DNA of 64,000 bases from an uncultured Candidatus Rokubacteria bacterium (GCA_963708025.1 CAVPSB010000017.1:1-64000); one strand, 5' to 3'. Numbered from the stretch's first letter, positions 12,757-23,795 are shown. The notes: generated by a model from the sequence alone, not told the origin. Program-made: numbers and translations.

Positions 12757-13734
12757 TCACTCCGCGACCAGGTCCCGGATCGCCTGGACGACGTCCGCGA
12801 CGTGCGGCACCACCGCCCGCTCGAGCGACGGGCTGTACGGGATCGGCGTGTGGGCGCCGTTCAGGCGGCGGACCGGGGCATCGAGGTCGTCGAAGCCGCG
12901 ATCCATCACCTGGGCCGCGATCTCGGCGCCGATCCCGCACGGGGCGTAGCTCTCGTCGGCGATCAGGAGCCGCCCGGTCTTGTGGACCGACTCCAGGATC
13001 GTCTCGATGTCCAGCGGCGCCAGGCTCCGGGGGTCGATCACCTCCACCGAGACCCCGTCCCTGGCCAGGGCGTCGGCCGCCTCGAGCGCCTGGCGCACCA
13101 TGACCGCGATCCCGACCACCGTGACGTCGCGGCCCTCCCGGGCGACCGCGGCCCGGCCGAACGGCACCAGGTGCTCGCCGTCCGGCACCGGTCCCCGCGT
13201 GTTGAGGAGCGCGCGATGCTCCATGAAGACGACGGGGTCGTCCGAGCGGATCGCCGTCTTGAGGAGCCCCTTGGCGTCGGCCGGTGTCGCGGGGACCACC
13301 ACCCGGAAGCCCGGGAGGTGCGTGAAGAGGGAGTAGTAGCTCCCCGAATGATGGGTGGCGGCCGAGCTGCCGACCCCGACGCAGCCACGCAGCACGATCG
13401 GCATCCGGAGGCGGCCGTCGCTCATGTATTGGATCTTGGCCGTCTGGTTGAGCAGCTCCCCCAGCGCGTCGAGCGCGAAGTCGAAGAACATGTAGTCCAC
13501 CACCGGCCGCGCGCCCGTCATGGCGGCCCCGGTGCAGAGGCCGGTGAAGCCCCGCTCGGTGATGGGCGTGTCGCGGAGGCGCTCGGGCCCGTAGCGCTCG
13601 TGAAGCCCGGTGGTCGTGTTGAAGTTGCCCCCGCGGGCGCCGATCCCCTCGCCCACGACGAAGACGGCGGGGTCCCGCGCCATCTCCTCGGTCAGCCCCT
13701 CCCGGGCCGCGTCGGTGAACGTCAGCTCGCGCAT
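12757..13734 (-). CDS. 2-oxoacid/acetoin dehydrogenase E1 beta subunit
   Basis: GEGIG, DTPITE, EVIDPRSLAPLD. Confidence 0.93.
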   Translation of the reverse strand: MRELTFTDAAREGLTEEMARDPAVFVVGEGIGARGGNFNTTTGLHERYGPERLRDTPITERGFTGLCTGAAMTGARPVVDYMFFDFALDALGELLNQTAKIQYMSDGRLRMPIVLRGCVGVGSSAATHHSGSYYSLFTHLPGFRVVVPATPADAKGLLKTAIRSDDPVVFMEHRALLNTRGPVPDGEHLVPFGRAAVAREGRDVTVVGIAVMVRQALEAADALARDGVSVEVIDPRSLAPLDIETILESVHKTGRLLIADESYAPCGIGAEIAAQVMDRGFDDLDAPVRRLNGAHTPIPYSPSLERAVVPHVADVVQAIRDLVAE

Positions 13735-13744
13735 CCGGCGCTCC

Positions 13745-14721
13745 TCAGGGGCTGTAGACGTGGTCGGTCGCGGTCGCGGGGTCTGGCCAGGGGCTCGCCG
13801 TCGCGAAGTCGAGCGCCTCGGCGACCAGGGCGGCGACCTCCGTCTCGATCGCGTCGCAGTCCGCCGCGCTCGCGACCCCGGCCGCCAGGAGCCGCTCGCG
13901 CAGCCGCTGGATCGGGCAGCGCTGCTTCCAGGCCTCGACCTCGTCCCGCGTCCGGTACCCCGCGTCCCGCATCCCTTCCGAGTGCGCGCGGGTCCGGTAG
14001 GTGACGCACTCGAGCAGCGTCGGGCCCTCGCCGGCCCGCGCCCGGCGGACCGCCTCGCCGGCCGCCTCGTACACCGCGACGACGTCGTTCCCGTCCAGCC
14101 GCGCGCTCGGCAGGCCGTAGGCGGCCCCTCGCTCGGCGACGTTCGGGTTGCCGGCCACGCTCGCGAACGGCACCTCGGTCGCGTAGAGGTTGTTCTCGCA
14201 CACGAAGAGGACGGGCAGCCGCCAGATCGCGGCCATGTTCAGTCCCTCGTGGAAGGCCCCGTTGTTCACGGCGCCGTCCCCGAAGAAGGCCACGCTGACC
14301 CGGTCGGTCCGGGCGAGCTTGAAGGTGTAGCCGGCCCCGGTCGCCATCAGGATGCTCGGCCCCACGATCCCGCTGGTCCCCAGCATCCCCACCTCGGGGG
14401 CGAAGAGGTGCATGCTCCCGCCGCGGCCGTGGGAGCACCCGGTGACCCGGCCGAGCAGCTCCGCCATCAGCTCCCGGGGGGCACGCCCTTGGCCAGGGCA
14501 TGCCCGTGACCCCGGTGGGTGCTGAGCACCGTGTCGTCCGGGCGAAGGTGGGCGCATACCCCGGTGGCGACGGCTTCCTCGCCGACGTAGGTGTGGCAGG
14601 CGCCATGGACCAGCCCGGCCTGGTGCGCCCGGGCCAGCTCCAGCTCGGTCTGCCGGATCACCGTCATCTGGCGGTAGAGCGCGAGCAGCCGGTCGTTCGC
14701 GAGCGGCACGCGGTCAGTCAT
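13745..14721 (-). CDS. TPP-dependent dehydrogenase E1 alpha subunit (frameshift ~14480)
   Basis: GEEAVA, STHRGHGH, GRGGSMH, FFGDGA...ENN. Confidence 0.92.
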
Positions 14722-15547
14722 CGGTCGGCCACACCTTGCTGCCGCCGGCGTTGAGCGCGAGGTTCCCGCCGTTGACCGGGAGGGCGTGCCCGGTGATGAA
14801 GCCGGCGGCGTCGGAGGCGAGGAACACCGCGGCCTTGGCGATGTCCTCGGGCTCGGCGATGCGGTCGAGCGGGATGCCGCGCAGGAACCGTTCGCGCAGG
14901 CTGCCCGGCTTCAGGCGGGGGTCGTGGAGCATCCGGTCCATTGCCCGGGTCATGGTCTGGACCGGCTGGATCGCGTTGACACGGATCCGGTAGGGCGCCC
15001 ACTCGACGGCCAGCTCCCGGGTGAGCTGAATGATCCCGGCCTTGGTGACGCTGTACACGAAGTTCCCACGGCCGAGGGCGGAGCTGCCGGCGATCGAGCT
15101 GATGCTGACGATGCTGCCCCCCCGGCCCCGCCGGATCATGCGGCGACCGATCTCCCGCGTCACCAGGAAGGTGCCGTCGAGGTTCACCCCCACCACGGCG
15201 CGCCAGTCCTCGAGCGACAGCTCCTCGGGGCGCGACCGGTAGCCGATCCCCACGTTGTTGACGAGGACGTCGACCCGATCGAAGGCCCGCTCGCACGCGG
15301 CGACCATGGCCAGGATCTCGTCGGCGCTGCCGAGGTCACAGCGGCCGGCCACGGCCCGCCGTCCCAGCCCCTGGACCTCCCGCGCGGTCTCGGCCGCTCC
15401 CTCGGCATCCACGTCGCTGAGGAACAGGTCGGCGCCGGCCCGGGCCATGGCCAGCGCGATGGCGTGCCCGATCCCCCCGTTGGCGCCGGCGCCGGTGACC
15501 ACCGCGACGCGGCCGTCGAGCCCGAACCACTCCTGGAGCACGCTCAC
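14714..15547 (-). CDS. SDR-family oxidoreductase
   Basis: VVTGAGANGGIG, NNVGI, YSVTK. Confidence 0.9.
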   Translation of the reverse strand: MSVLQEWFGLDGRVAVVTGAGANGGIGHAIALAMARAGADLFLSDVDAEGAAETAREVQGLGRRAVAGRCDLGSADEILAMVAACERAFDRVDVLVNNVGIGYRSRPEELSLEDWRAVVGVNLDGTFLVTREIGRRMIRRGRGGSIVSISSIAGSSALGRGNFVYSVTKAGIIQLTRELAVEWAPYRIRVNAIQPVQTMTRAMDRMLHDPRLKPGSLRERFLRGIPLDRIAEPEDIAKAAVFLASDAAGFITGHALPVNGGNLALNAGGSKVWPTDD

Positions 15548-16728
15548 CGGACGACCTCGTCGGGGCGCTCGACCAGCCGCCTCACGCGCTGGAGAAAGCG
15601 GGCGGCGGGAGCGCCGTCCACGACGCGATGGTCGAACGTCAGGCTCAGGGTCAGCATCCTCCGCACGGCGATGGTCCCCGCCGCCTCGTCCAGGACCACG
15701 GGTCTGGCCACGATGCGGCCGACCCCGAGGATCGCGCACTCGGGCAGGTTGACGATCGGCGTGAAGGCGTCGATCTCGTACATGCCGAGGTTCGTGATGG
15801 TGAACGTGCCGCCGCGCAGGTCGTCCGGTGACACCCGGCCCGCCCGCGCCCGCTCGATCACGGCCGCCGCCTCCGCCGTGATCTCGGCGAGCGGCCGGCC
15901 CTGGACGTCGCGCAGGACGCAGGCGAGGAGCCCGCGATCGGTTTCCACCGCCAGGCCGATGTTCACCCTGTCGTGCCGAACGATCGCTTCCCCGACCAGC
16001 GAAGCGTTCAGGTCCGGGTGCTCGACGAGCGCTGCCGCCACCAGCTTCGCCACGAGATCGTTGTACGAGGGCGCGGGTCGGCCGGCGCCGGCGGCCTCGG
16101 CGACCAGGCACGCGCGCAGCCGGACCAGCTCGGTGGCGTCGGCCTCGGTCGTGAGGGTCACCGGGGCCACCGCGCGCGCGCTGGCGGCCATGCGCTCGGC
16201 CACGCGCCGCCGAACCGGGCCGAGCGGTCGATCCCGACCATCGTCGCGGCGGGAAGCCACGGCCGTCCGGACGTCCCGCTCCACGATACGGCCCGTGCGG
16301 CCGCTTCCGGTGAGCCGGCTCCACTCCACGCCCAGCTCGGCCGCGACCCGACGGGCGCGGGGGCTGATCGCAAGCGTCGCGCTCCGGACGGCCGGCGCCA
16401 GCGGCGCCGCGAGCCCCGGCGTCGACGGCGGCGCCGGACGCGGGGGCACGGCCGCAGCCGCCCGATCGAGCGGCATTGGCTCGCCGGGGCCGAGGATGTA
16501 GGCGAGCCGGGTCCCCACGCGGACGCGGACGCCGGGGGGCGGCGACTCGGGGTGGATGCGGAGGATCCCGCTCTCGAAGGACTCGACCTCGTTCTCCGCC
16601 TTGTCGCTCTCGATCACGCAGATGACGTCGCCGGCCACCACCGTGTCGCCGTCCTGCTTCAGCCACTGGACCAGGGTGCCCTCCTCCATCGACCAGCCGA
16701 GGCGGGGCATCACGACGTCATGTGCCAT
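15544..16728 (-). CDS. Dihydrolipoamide acyltransferase (E2)
   Basis: Lipoyl motif ESDKA, ISPRARR binding domain, FDHRVVDGA. Confidence 0.93.
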   Translation of the reverse strand: MAHDVVMPRLGWSMEEGTLVQWLKQDGDTVVAGDVICVIESDKAENEVESFESGILRIHPESPPPGVRVRVGTRLAYILGPGEPMPLDRAAAAVPPRPAPPSTPGLAAPLAPAVRSATLAISPRARRVAAELGVEWSRLTGSGRTGRIVERDVRTAVASRRDDGRDRPLGPVRRRVAERMAASARAVAPVTLTTEADATELVRLRACLVAEAAGAGRPAPSYNDLVAKLVAAALVEHPDLNASLVGEAIVRHDRVNIGLAVETDRGLLACVLRDVQGRPLAEITAEAAAVIERARAGRVSPDDLRGGTFTITNLGMYEIDAFTPIVNLPECAILGVGRIVARPVVLDEAAGTIAVRRMLTLSLTFDHRVVDGAPAARFLQRVRRLVERPDEVVR

Positions 16729-16843
16729 CCAGGTTCTCCGCCACGAAGTGGGCCATCGCGCGAAGGACTATAGCCGGTCGGGAGCCGAGCGGCAAGCGAG
16801 CGTCGTATATACTGCTGCCGTGGCCCCGACGGCCGGCATCGGA

Positions 16844-17074
16844 GTGCGAGAGTATCTGAAGTCCGGGTGGGTGCGCATCGGCCTCGGCCTCCTCGTCCTC
16901 GGGTCGGGACCGCTGTGGGCGATCATCCTCCTGGCGGCGCTCGGCTGGTGGCCCGATCCCAACCCGAATCCCATCGGCCCCGGCCTCCTGTTCTTCTTCA
17001 CCATCTGGCCGGCGATCATCTGCCTGGGCTTGGGTGTGCTCCGCGTCCGGTCCGGCCGCCGCCAGCCGCCCTGA
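16844..17074 (+). CDS. Small two-helix membrane protein
   Basis: Two hydrophobic segments separated by WPDPNPNPIGPG; TATACT upstream. Confidence 0.7.
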   Translation: MREYLKSGWVRIGLGLLVLGSGPLWAIILLAALGWWPDPNPNPIGPGLLFFFTIWPAIICLGLGVLRVRSGRRQPP

Positions 17075-17904
17075 ACGAGCCTGCCTCCGGCCGCGATACT
17101 GCCGCCGTGGGCCCGACTGCTCCGCGCGTGTGGCCGGTCTTCGCGACCTACGGGGCCGTTCTCCTCTGGGTGGTCCTGGCCAACGCCGTGGTGGTCGGCG
17201 CCTGGCTCGTGGTCACCGGAGGGCCGGCGACGTCCCCGGGCATCCTCGTCGGGACCATCGCGCTGACCGAGGCCAGCCTGATCGTCGCCTCGCTGCTCGC
17301 GAGCCGCCACTCCGGCGAGCCGCCGTCGGTCCGCCTGCGGATCGCCCCCGGCCGGCTGTCGTGGCGCGACGTCGGGCTCGCCGTCCTCGGCCTTCTCGCG
17401 CTCGGCGAGGCCTTCGATCTCTGCCTGGTCCTGCTCGGCCTCCGGTACTGGGGCGGTCTCGGCCTCTTCCACGAGGCCACCGCCCGGATGTCGGGCGTCA
17501 TGATCGTTCTGATGCTGCTCGTCGCCGGGCCGCTGGCCGCCGGCGCCGAGGAGCTGTTCTTCCGGGGCTTCATGCAGACGCGGCTAGCCACCCGCTTCCG
17601 CCACTGGCCGGCGATCGGGGTCACGGCCGCCGGCTTCGCCCTCTTCCATCTGGACCCCATCCATGCCGCCTTCGCGCTCGCCGTCGGCCTCTTCCTCGGC
17701 TGGCTCACCGAGCTGGCCCGCAGCATCCGGCCGGCGATCGGCGCCCACCTCACGAACAACGTCGTCTCGCTCCTCCAGACGTGGTGGCTGCCCGGTCCGG
17801 TGTCGGGCGCCTGGCAGGCCGGCCTGCTGGCGATCTGCCTCGCGCTCACGCTCGTGACGATCGTCCTCCTGCGGCGACGCGCGCCGGATCCGTCAGCCGC
17901 GTGA
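17071..17904 (+). CDS. CPBP (CAAX) intramembrane metalloprotease; start uncertain
   Basis: AEELFFRG, FALFH, AHLTNN. Confidence 0.88.
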   Translation: MNEPASGRDTAAVGPTAPRVWPVFATYGAVLLWVVLANAVVVGAWLVVTGGPATSPGILVGTIALTEASLIVASLLASRHSGEPPSVRLRIAPGRLSWRDVGLAVLGLLALGEAFDLCLVLLGLRYWGGLGLFHEATARMSGVMIVLMLLVAGPLAAGAEELFFRGFMQTRLATRFRHWPAIGVTAAGFALFHLDPIHAAFALAVGLFLGWLTELARSIRPAIGAHLTNNVVSLLQTWWLPGPVSGAWQAGLLAICLALTLVTIVLLRRRAPDPSAA

Positions 17905-18330
17905 GCGGCGAGAGCGCGGCGCGGGCTCGGGCAGCAGGGTCACCGTCGGGTCCAGCTCGCGCGCCAGCTCCAGCAAGAGGTAGCTGTGACAGGCCGACTC
18001 CGGCGTCCGGTAGGGGCACATGCACATCAGGTAGAGATCGCCGATCGCCGCGTCCTCGATGACCCGGCGCAGCGCGGCCATCGCCTCGGGGCTCGACCGG
18101 ATCTCCTCGCGGAAGCGCCGCCGGTAGTCGATCAGCCGGGAGGTCTCCGCGTGCGCGGCGTCCGGGCTCCGGCCGGAGGCGACCAGCGCGCGCTTCTTCG
18201 CCAGGAACTCGGCCAGGAGCCCTTCCGACGGCGCCAGCGCGGCCAGGCCGGCTCCGCCGCGGCGCATGACGCTGATGCGCCGGGCGCCGGCCGGGAGCGG
18301 CGCGAAGCGGGTGGTGCGGCCCAGTCCCAT
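17893..18330 (-). CDS. DUF488-like protein
   Basis: LAPSxxLL, YRRRFREEI, LMC...CH. Confidence 0.6.
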   Translation of the reverse strand: MGLGRTTRFAPLPAGARRISVMRRGGAGLAALAPSEGLLAEFLAKKRALVASGRSPDAAHAETSRLIDYRRRFREEIRSSPEAMAALRRVIEDAAIGDLYLMCMCPYRTPESACHSYLLLELARELDPTVTLLPEPAPRSRRSRG

Positions 18331-18371
18331 GCCCGCTCTCTACCACACGCGGCAGCGTCGCGCCACACCGG

Positions 18372-18401
18372 TTGACAGGGGTCGGGGCCGCGCACTACCG
18401 T
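18372..18401 (+). promoter_or_regulatory. Sigma70-like promoter of the amidase operon
   Basis: TTGACA-N18-TACCGT. Confidence 0.55.
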
Positions 18402-18433
18402 GCAGGAGCAGTCCAACCGTGGAGGTCATCATC

Positions 18434-19859
18434 GTGGACACGACCGAGCTGTGCTTCACCCCCGCCCTCGAGCTGTCGGCCCTGATCCGCGCGAAGACGC
18501 TCTCGCCGGTCGAGCTGTGCGAGGCGGTCCTGGCCCGCGTCGAGCGGCTCAACCCGAAGCTGAACGCCTTCATCACCGTGACGGCCGATCTGGCCCGCCG
18601 GCAGGCCAAGGCGGCGGAGGAGCGGGCGCGGAAGGGCGCGCTCCTCGGCCCGCTCGACGGGATCCCCTACTCCATCAAGGACCTCGAGCCGACGGCCGGG
18701 ATCCGGACGACCTTCGGCTCCCGGTGGTTCGTGGAGCACGTCCCGGCCGAGGACGGAGTCGTCGCCGCCCGCCTCAAGGCGACCGGCGGCGTGCTCCTCG
18801 GCAAGACCAACACTCCCCACTTCGGTCACAAGGACTGCTGTGACAACCTGATCGGGCCGCCCTGCCGGAATCCCTGGAAGCTCGACCGCACCTCGGGCGC
18901 CTCCTCGGGCGGCGCCGGCGCCGCGGTGGCCGCCGGGCTCGGCCCGGTGGCCCACGGCTCCGACGGCGGCGGCTCGATCCGCATCCCGGCCGCGCTGTGC
19001 GGGATCTTCGGCTTCAAGCCCTCCTTCGGTCGCGTTCCCTACTACCCTTCGGCCGACTACTGGACCGCCCGCGCCCACAACGGGCCGATGACCCGGACGG
19101 TCCGCGACGCCGCCGTGCTGCTCCAGGCGATGGCCGGTCCCGACCCGCGCGACCCCTTGACGATCGACGCGCCGCCCGAGAACTACCTGGCCGCCTGCGA
19201 CGGCGACCTCGCCGGCCTCCGGGTCGTCTGGAGCGCCGACCTCGGCTACGCGGCGGTGGACCCCGAGGTCCGGCGGGCCGCCGAGGCGGCCGCGCGTCGC
19301 TTCGCGGACCTCGGCGCCAAGCTCGAGGCGCGCGATCCCGGCTGGCCCGATCCGGGTCCGTTCCACCGGGTCATCTACGAGGTCAGCGCGGCGTCCCGAC
19401 AGGTCGAGCGGGCCGCCGAGCACCCGGACTGGATCGAGCCGAGCCTCATGTCGATGATCGACGCGGCACGTCAGCGTCTCGGCGATCGAGCACGGCAAGG
19501 CCCTCGTCCAGCGGAGCATCTTCTACAACCAGGCCCGGGAGTTCTTCGAGGGCTGCGACCTCCTGCTGACCCCGCAGATGCCGGTCGGCGCGTGGTCGGC
19601 CGAGCCCGGCTTCCCCCAGGGGCCGGCGTCGATCGGCGGGCGGCCGACGCCGACCATGTTCGACCGGCTGCCCTTCACTTTCCCGTTCAACCTGACTGGC
19701 CAGCCCGCCGCGACCGTGCCCTGCGGCTTCACCGCCGAGGGCCTGCCGATCGGGCTCCAGATCGTCGGGCGCTGGCACGCGGACGGGACCGTGCTCCGCG
19801 CGGCGGCCGCCTTCGAGGCGCTCCAGCCATGGGCGCAGCGCCGCCCACCGTTGGACTAG
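18434..19859 (+). CDS. Amidase signature family protein (frameshift ~19470)
   Basis: GASSGG, GSDGGGSIRIPA, PFNLTGQPA. Confidence 0.92.
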
Positions 19860-19860
19860 C

Positions 19861-20391
19861 GTGAGCGAGACGACGGCTGCGCTCGATCCGGCCGGCGCCG
19901 CCGCGCTGCTGCGCGCGTCGGCCTCCGCCCTCCGTGGCGAGCTGACCGGTCTCTCGGCGGCGCTCCTCACCTGGCACCCGGCGCCCGGCGAGTGGTGCGC
20001 CAAGGAGGTACTGGGCCACCTGATCGAGGCCGAGCAGCGCGGCTTCGCGGGGCGCATCCGCCAGATCCTCGCGGCTCCCGAGGCGCCGCGGTTCGCCACC
20101 TGGGATCCGGCCGAGGTCGCCCGGGCCCGCCGCGATTGCGAGCGCGAGCTCGACGGGCTCCTCGGCCAGTTCGGCGCGCTCCGCGACGCCAGCGTGAGCC
20201 TGGTCGAGAGCCTCCAGACCGCCGACCTCGGCCGGGGCGGCCAGCATCCGAGCGTGGGTCACCTGCGCATCGGCGACCTCCTCCACGAGTGGGTGCACCA
20301 CGACCGGAACCACCTCAGGCAGATCCTGGCCAACGTCCAGGCGTTCGTCTGGCCCCACATGGGCAACGCCCAGCGCTTCTCCCGACCCTGA
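19861..20391 (+). CDS. DinB family protein
   Basis: EWCAKEVLGHL, HDRNHL. Confidence 0.85.
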   Translation: MSETTAALDPAGAAALLRASASALRGELTGLSAALLTWHPAPGEWCAKEVLGHLIEAEQRGFAGRIRQILAAPEAPRFATWDPAEVARARRDCERELDGLLGQFGALRDASVSLVESLQTADLGRGGQHPSVGHLRIGDLLHEWVHHDRNHLRQILANVQAFVWPHMGNAQRFSRP

Positions 20392-20462
20392 GATGTTCGG
20401 GAGCGCCCTCCCACTCCCCAGCCGGGCGACCGGCTTCATCCACACGCCCTGAGGTCATTCCC

Positions 20463-21425
20463 ATGCGCATCGTCTTCCCGGAAGGCGCCGAGTTCGTCCA
20501 GGACCCGGCGGAGCTGGAGCCGCTCCGCAAGCTGGGCACCCTCGTCCTGCGCCCCGGCGCGCCGAAGGACCGGGCCGACCTGATCGAGCGCTGCCGGGAT
20601 GCCGACGCCGTGTACCTCGACTACTCGCTGATGGACGCCGAGGTGCTCCGGGCGCTCCCGGCGCTCCGGTTCGTCTGCTTCCTCGGGATCGGCTACCGGA
20701 ACCACATCGACGTCGAGGAGGCGACCCGGCGGGGCGTCACCGTCACCTACACCCCGGACTACGGGGCGACCTCGGTCGCCGAGCACGCGCTCGGGCTGGT
20801 CCTCGCGCTGACTCGTCACATCGCGACGAGCTTCGTGAGCATGCGGGAGGGGCGCTGGCAGCCCGGGATCTTCAAGGGGGTCGAGCTGCGGGGCAAGACG
20901 CTCGGCCTGGTCGGGCTGGGGCCGATCGGCCAGGAGATGGCCCGGCTCGGGGCCGGGATCGGGATGCGCCTGGTCGGCTGGACCCGGCGGGCCTCGCCCG
21001 ACCGGGCCCGACACGGGCTCGTGCTGGTGCCGCTCGAGGAGGTCTTCGGCGGGTCGGACGTCGTGAGCGTCCACCTCTCCTACAACGCGGAGACCGAGGG
21101 CCTCGTCTCGGCCGCGCTCCTCGCCCGCATGCGACCCGAGGCCTTCTTCGTCAACACCGCCCGCGCCCGCGTGGTCAACACCGCCGCGCTGGCCGAGCTG
21201 CTGCGGGCCCGCCGGATCGCCGGCGCCGCCCTCGACGTCCACGAGGCCGAGCCGCCGCCGGCCGAGTACGCGTTCCGCGACCTCCCGAACGTGCTGATCA
21301 CCCCCCACATCGGCTACAACACCCGCGAGGCCGCCTCCAACATGCTCCGGATCGCGATCGCCACGCTGGAGGCCTACCTGCGGGGCGAGTCGCTGCACGT
21401 CGCGAACCCCGCCGTCCGGCGCTGA
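20463..21425 (+). CDS. D-2-hydroxyacid dehydrogenase
   Basis: GLGPIG, NTARA, TPHIG. Confidence 0.9.
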   Translation: MRIVFPEGAEFVQDPAELEPLRKLGTLVLRPGAPKDRADLIERCRDADAVYLDYSLMDAEVLRALPALRFVCFLGIGYRNHIDVEEATRRGVTVTYTPDYGATSVAEHALGLVLALTRHIATSFVSMREGRWQPGIFKGVELRGKTLGLVGLGPIGQEMARLGAGIGMRLVGWTRRASPDRARHGLVLVPLEEVFGGSDVVSVHLSYNAETEGLVSAALLARMRPEAFFVNTARARVVNTAALAELLRARRIAGAALDVHEAEPPPAEYAFRDLPNVLITPHIGYNTREAASNMLRIAIATLEAYLRGESLHVANPAVRR

Positions 21426-23050
21426 TGCCGGCCTTCGGCGAGCTGGCCCGGAGCTTCCTCGCCGAGGAGGTTGCGGATTCGCCGCTCCTGGCGAGCCACC
21501 TCGGCATCGAGGGGTACGACGACCGCCTCGACGACCTGTCGGAGGCGGCGTTCGAGGCCCGGCGCCGCCGGAGTGCCGAGTGGCTGACCCGGTTCGAGGC
21601 GCTGCCCGACGGCGGGCTGACCGCCGACGAGCGCATCGATCGCGACCTCGTCCGCTCGACCCTGCGTGGGCGCGCCATCATGGCCGACTGGGAGATGTGG
21701 CGCCGCCAGCCGGACACCTACCTGACGCCCGGGCTGAGCGGCGTCTTCGTCCTGTTCCTCCATCGCCTCCGGCCCGAGCCGGAGCTCGCGCGGGCGGCGG
21801 TGGCGCGGCTCCGCGCGGTGCCCGAGGTCCTGGCGGCCGGGGAGCGGAACCTCCGGCCCGAGCTGGCGCCGGCCGTGTACGTGGAGCGCGCGCTCGGCCA
21901 GGCGCGGGCGGGCGTCCGCTACGCCCGCGAGCTGGCGCCGCTCGAGGTCGCCGATTCCCGGCTCCGGGCCGAGGTGGCCGCCGCCGGGGCCGTGGCCGCG
22001 GACGCCTTCGAGCGCTTCGCCGGTGTCCTCGAGCGGCTCCGGGAGCGTGCCCGCGGGGCGTGGGCGATCGGGGAGGCGCGCTACACCGCCCTCCTGCGGG
22101 AGAAGGAGCTGTTACCGGACGATGCCGCGACGCTCCGGGAGCGCGGCCGCCGGGAGTACGACCGGTTCGCGGGCGAGCTGACCCGCTGCGCCCAGCGCAT
22201 CGCGGGGACCGACGACTGGCCGGCCGTGCTGGAGACCCTGAACGCCGACCACCCGGAGACCCCGGAGGCCATGCTCCGCGCCTACGCCGAGTGGACCGAG
22301 CGGGCGCGGGCCTTCCTCCGCGAGCGCGGGCTGGTGTCGTTCCCGGAGGGCGAGGAGTGCGTGGTGGCGCCGTCCCCACCCTTCCAGCGCCCCGTGCTGG
22401 CGGTGGCCTCCTACCAGAGTCCGCCGGCCTTCTCGCCGTCGCTCCGCGGCCACTTCTTCGTCCCCTTCCCGCCCGACGGCGCGCCGCCGGCCGAGGTGCA
22501 GAAGCGGCTCTCGAACAACAGCCACGCGAGCATCCCGACCACGTCGGTCCACGAGGCCTATCCGGGGCACCACTGGCACCTGGTGACGATGAAGGCGCAG
22601 CCCAGCGCCCTCCGCCGCGTCTTCCGGACATCCTACTTCACCGAGGGCTGGGCGCTCTACACCGAGCAGATGATGCGCGAGCAGGGCTTCTTCCAGGATC
22701 CGCGGCAGGAGATGTGCCAGTACGAGGCCATGCTGTTCCGGGCCGCCCGCATCGTGGTGGACACCAGCCTCCACATGGGCGAGATGAGCTTCGACGAGGC
22801 GGTCGCCTTCATGCAGGTCAGGGCCAACCTCCCCGAGCCGACGGCGCGGGCCGAGGTGGCCCGCTACTGCAGCTGGCCGACCCAGGCCGCCTCCTACCTG
22901 ACCGGGTGCCTGGAGATCCTCGGGATGCGCGAGCGCTACTTCGCGCGCGTCGGCCGGTCGGACGTCGCCGCGCTCCGCGCCTTCCACGACCGGCTCGCCG
23001 GGAGCGGCGGCCTGCCTCCTGCCCTCGCCGAGCGCGCGCTGTTCGCCTGA
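21425..23050 (+). CDS. DUF885 family protein
   Basis: HEAYPGHH, EGWALY, RAARIVVD, PTQAASY. Confidence 0.9.
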   Translation: MPAFGELARSFLAEEVADSPLLASHLGIEGYDDRLDDLSEAAFEARRRRSAEWLTRFEALPDGGLTADERIDRDLVRSTLRGRAIMADWEMWRRQPDTYLTPGLSGVFVLFLHRLRPEPELARAAVARLRAVPEVLAAGERNLRPELAPAVYVERALGQARAGVRYARELAPLEVADSRLRAEVAAAGAVAADAFERFAGVLERLRERARGAWAIGEARYTALLREKELLPDDAATLRERGRREYDRFAGELTRCAQRIAGTDDWPAVLETLNADHPETPEAMLRAYAEWTERARAFLRERGLVSFPEGEECVVAPSPPFQRPVLAVASYQSPPAFSPSLRGHFFVPFPPDGAPPAEVQKRLSNNSHASIPTTSVHEAYPGHHWHLVTMKAQPSALRRVFRTSYFTEGWALYTEQMMREQGFFQDPRQEMCQYEAMLFRAARIVVDTSLHMGEMSFDEAVAFMQVRANLPEPTARAEVARYCSWPTQAASYLTGCLEILGMRERYFARVGRSDVAALRAFHDRLAGSGGLPPALAERALFA

Positions 23051-23149
23051 TCGGCCTTTCTCGGCTACTCAGATATCGCTAGGCTTGTAGAGCGTGAGCC
23101 ACGGCACCCGCTCGAAATCCGGGCCCAAGTGGCTCCGACACGAGGAACC

Positions 23150-23734
23150 TCACCGAGGCCGGGCGGCGAAGCGGCGCATGTCGCCCTTGGCGCGGCGCCC
23201 CTCGGGCTCGATCCGGAAGCTGGCCGCCTCGACGGTGCGCTCGGTCTCGCGGTTCGGATGGCAGCCGCCCATCACGGCCGTCCAGAGCGGTTGGAGCCGG
23301 TCCTGGAACCACCCCTTCCACGGCGTGGTCGAGCGCACGTGCTCGAGCATCCGGAGCGCGCCGCCGGGCCGGAGCACACGGCGCACCTCGGCCAGGCCCC
23401 GCCGGGGATCCGGGACGCTGCAGAAGACGAGACCGCTGACTACCGTGTCGAAGGCTCCATCGCGGAACGGGAGGGCCTCGGCGCTGCCGACGACGAGCGG
23501 GACCGACGGCGCGCGCCGGCGGGCGCGCCGCAGGGACGGCCAGGCCGGGTCGAGGCCCACCACCCGGATCTCCCGGCCGTACAGCGGCAGGTTCCGCCCG
23601 GTCCCGGTGCCGAGGTCGAGGGTCCTTCCGCGGGCGCCCTCGACCAGCCAGCGGCGCCAGCGGCCGAGCCCGGTCCACTCGACGACGGCGCACATCGGGT
23701 CGTAGAGCCAGGGGATCTGCTCGACGCCGCGCAC
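23150..23734 (-). CDS. Class I SAM-dependent methyltransferase
   Basis: LDLGTGTG, AEALPF, RRVLRPGG. Confidence 0.9.
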   Translation of the reverse strand: MRGVEQIPWLYDPMCAVVEWTGLGRWRRWLVEGARGRTLDLGTGTGRNLPLYGREIRVVGLDPAWPSLRRARRRAPSVPLVVGSAEALPFRDGAFDTVVSGLVFCSVPDPRRGLAEVRRVLRPGGALRMLEHVRSTTPWKGWFQDRLQPLWTAVMGGCHPNRETERTVEAASFRIEPEGRRAKGDMRRFAARPR

Positions 23735-23795
23735 GCGGCGTATGATACGGGGGCGGTTCGACCGGCGCAAACCACCACAGGCGCGAGGAGACGCG

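Noticed and set aside
14714-16666. Long fusion/antisense ORFs (e.g. 14714-16666, 46501-48834, 60053-62635)
   Set aside because: Shadow frames of high-GC genes; Arg/Pro/Gly-rich or antisense to well-supported CDSs
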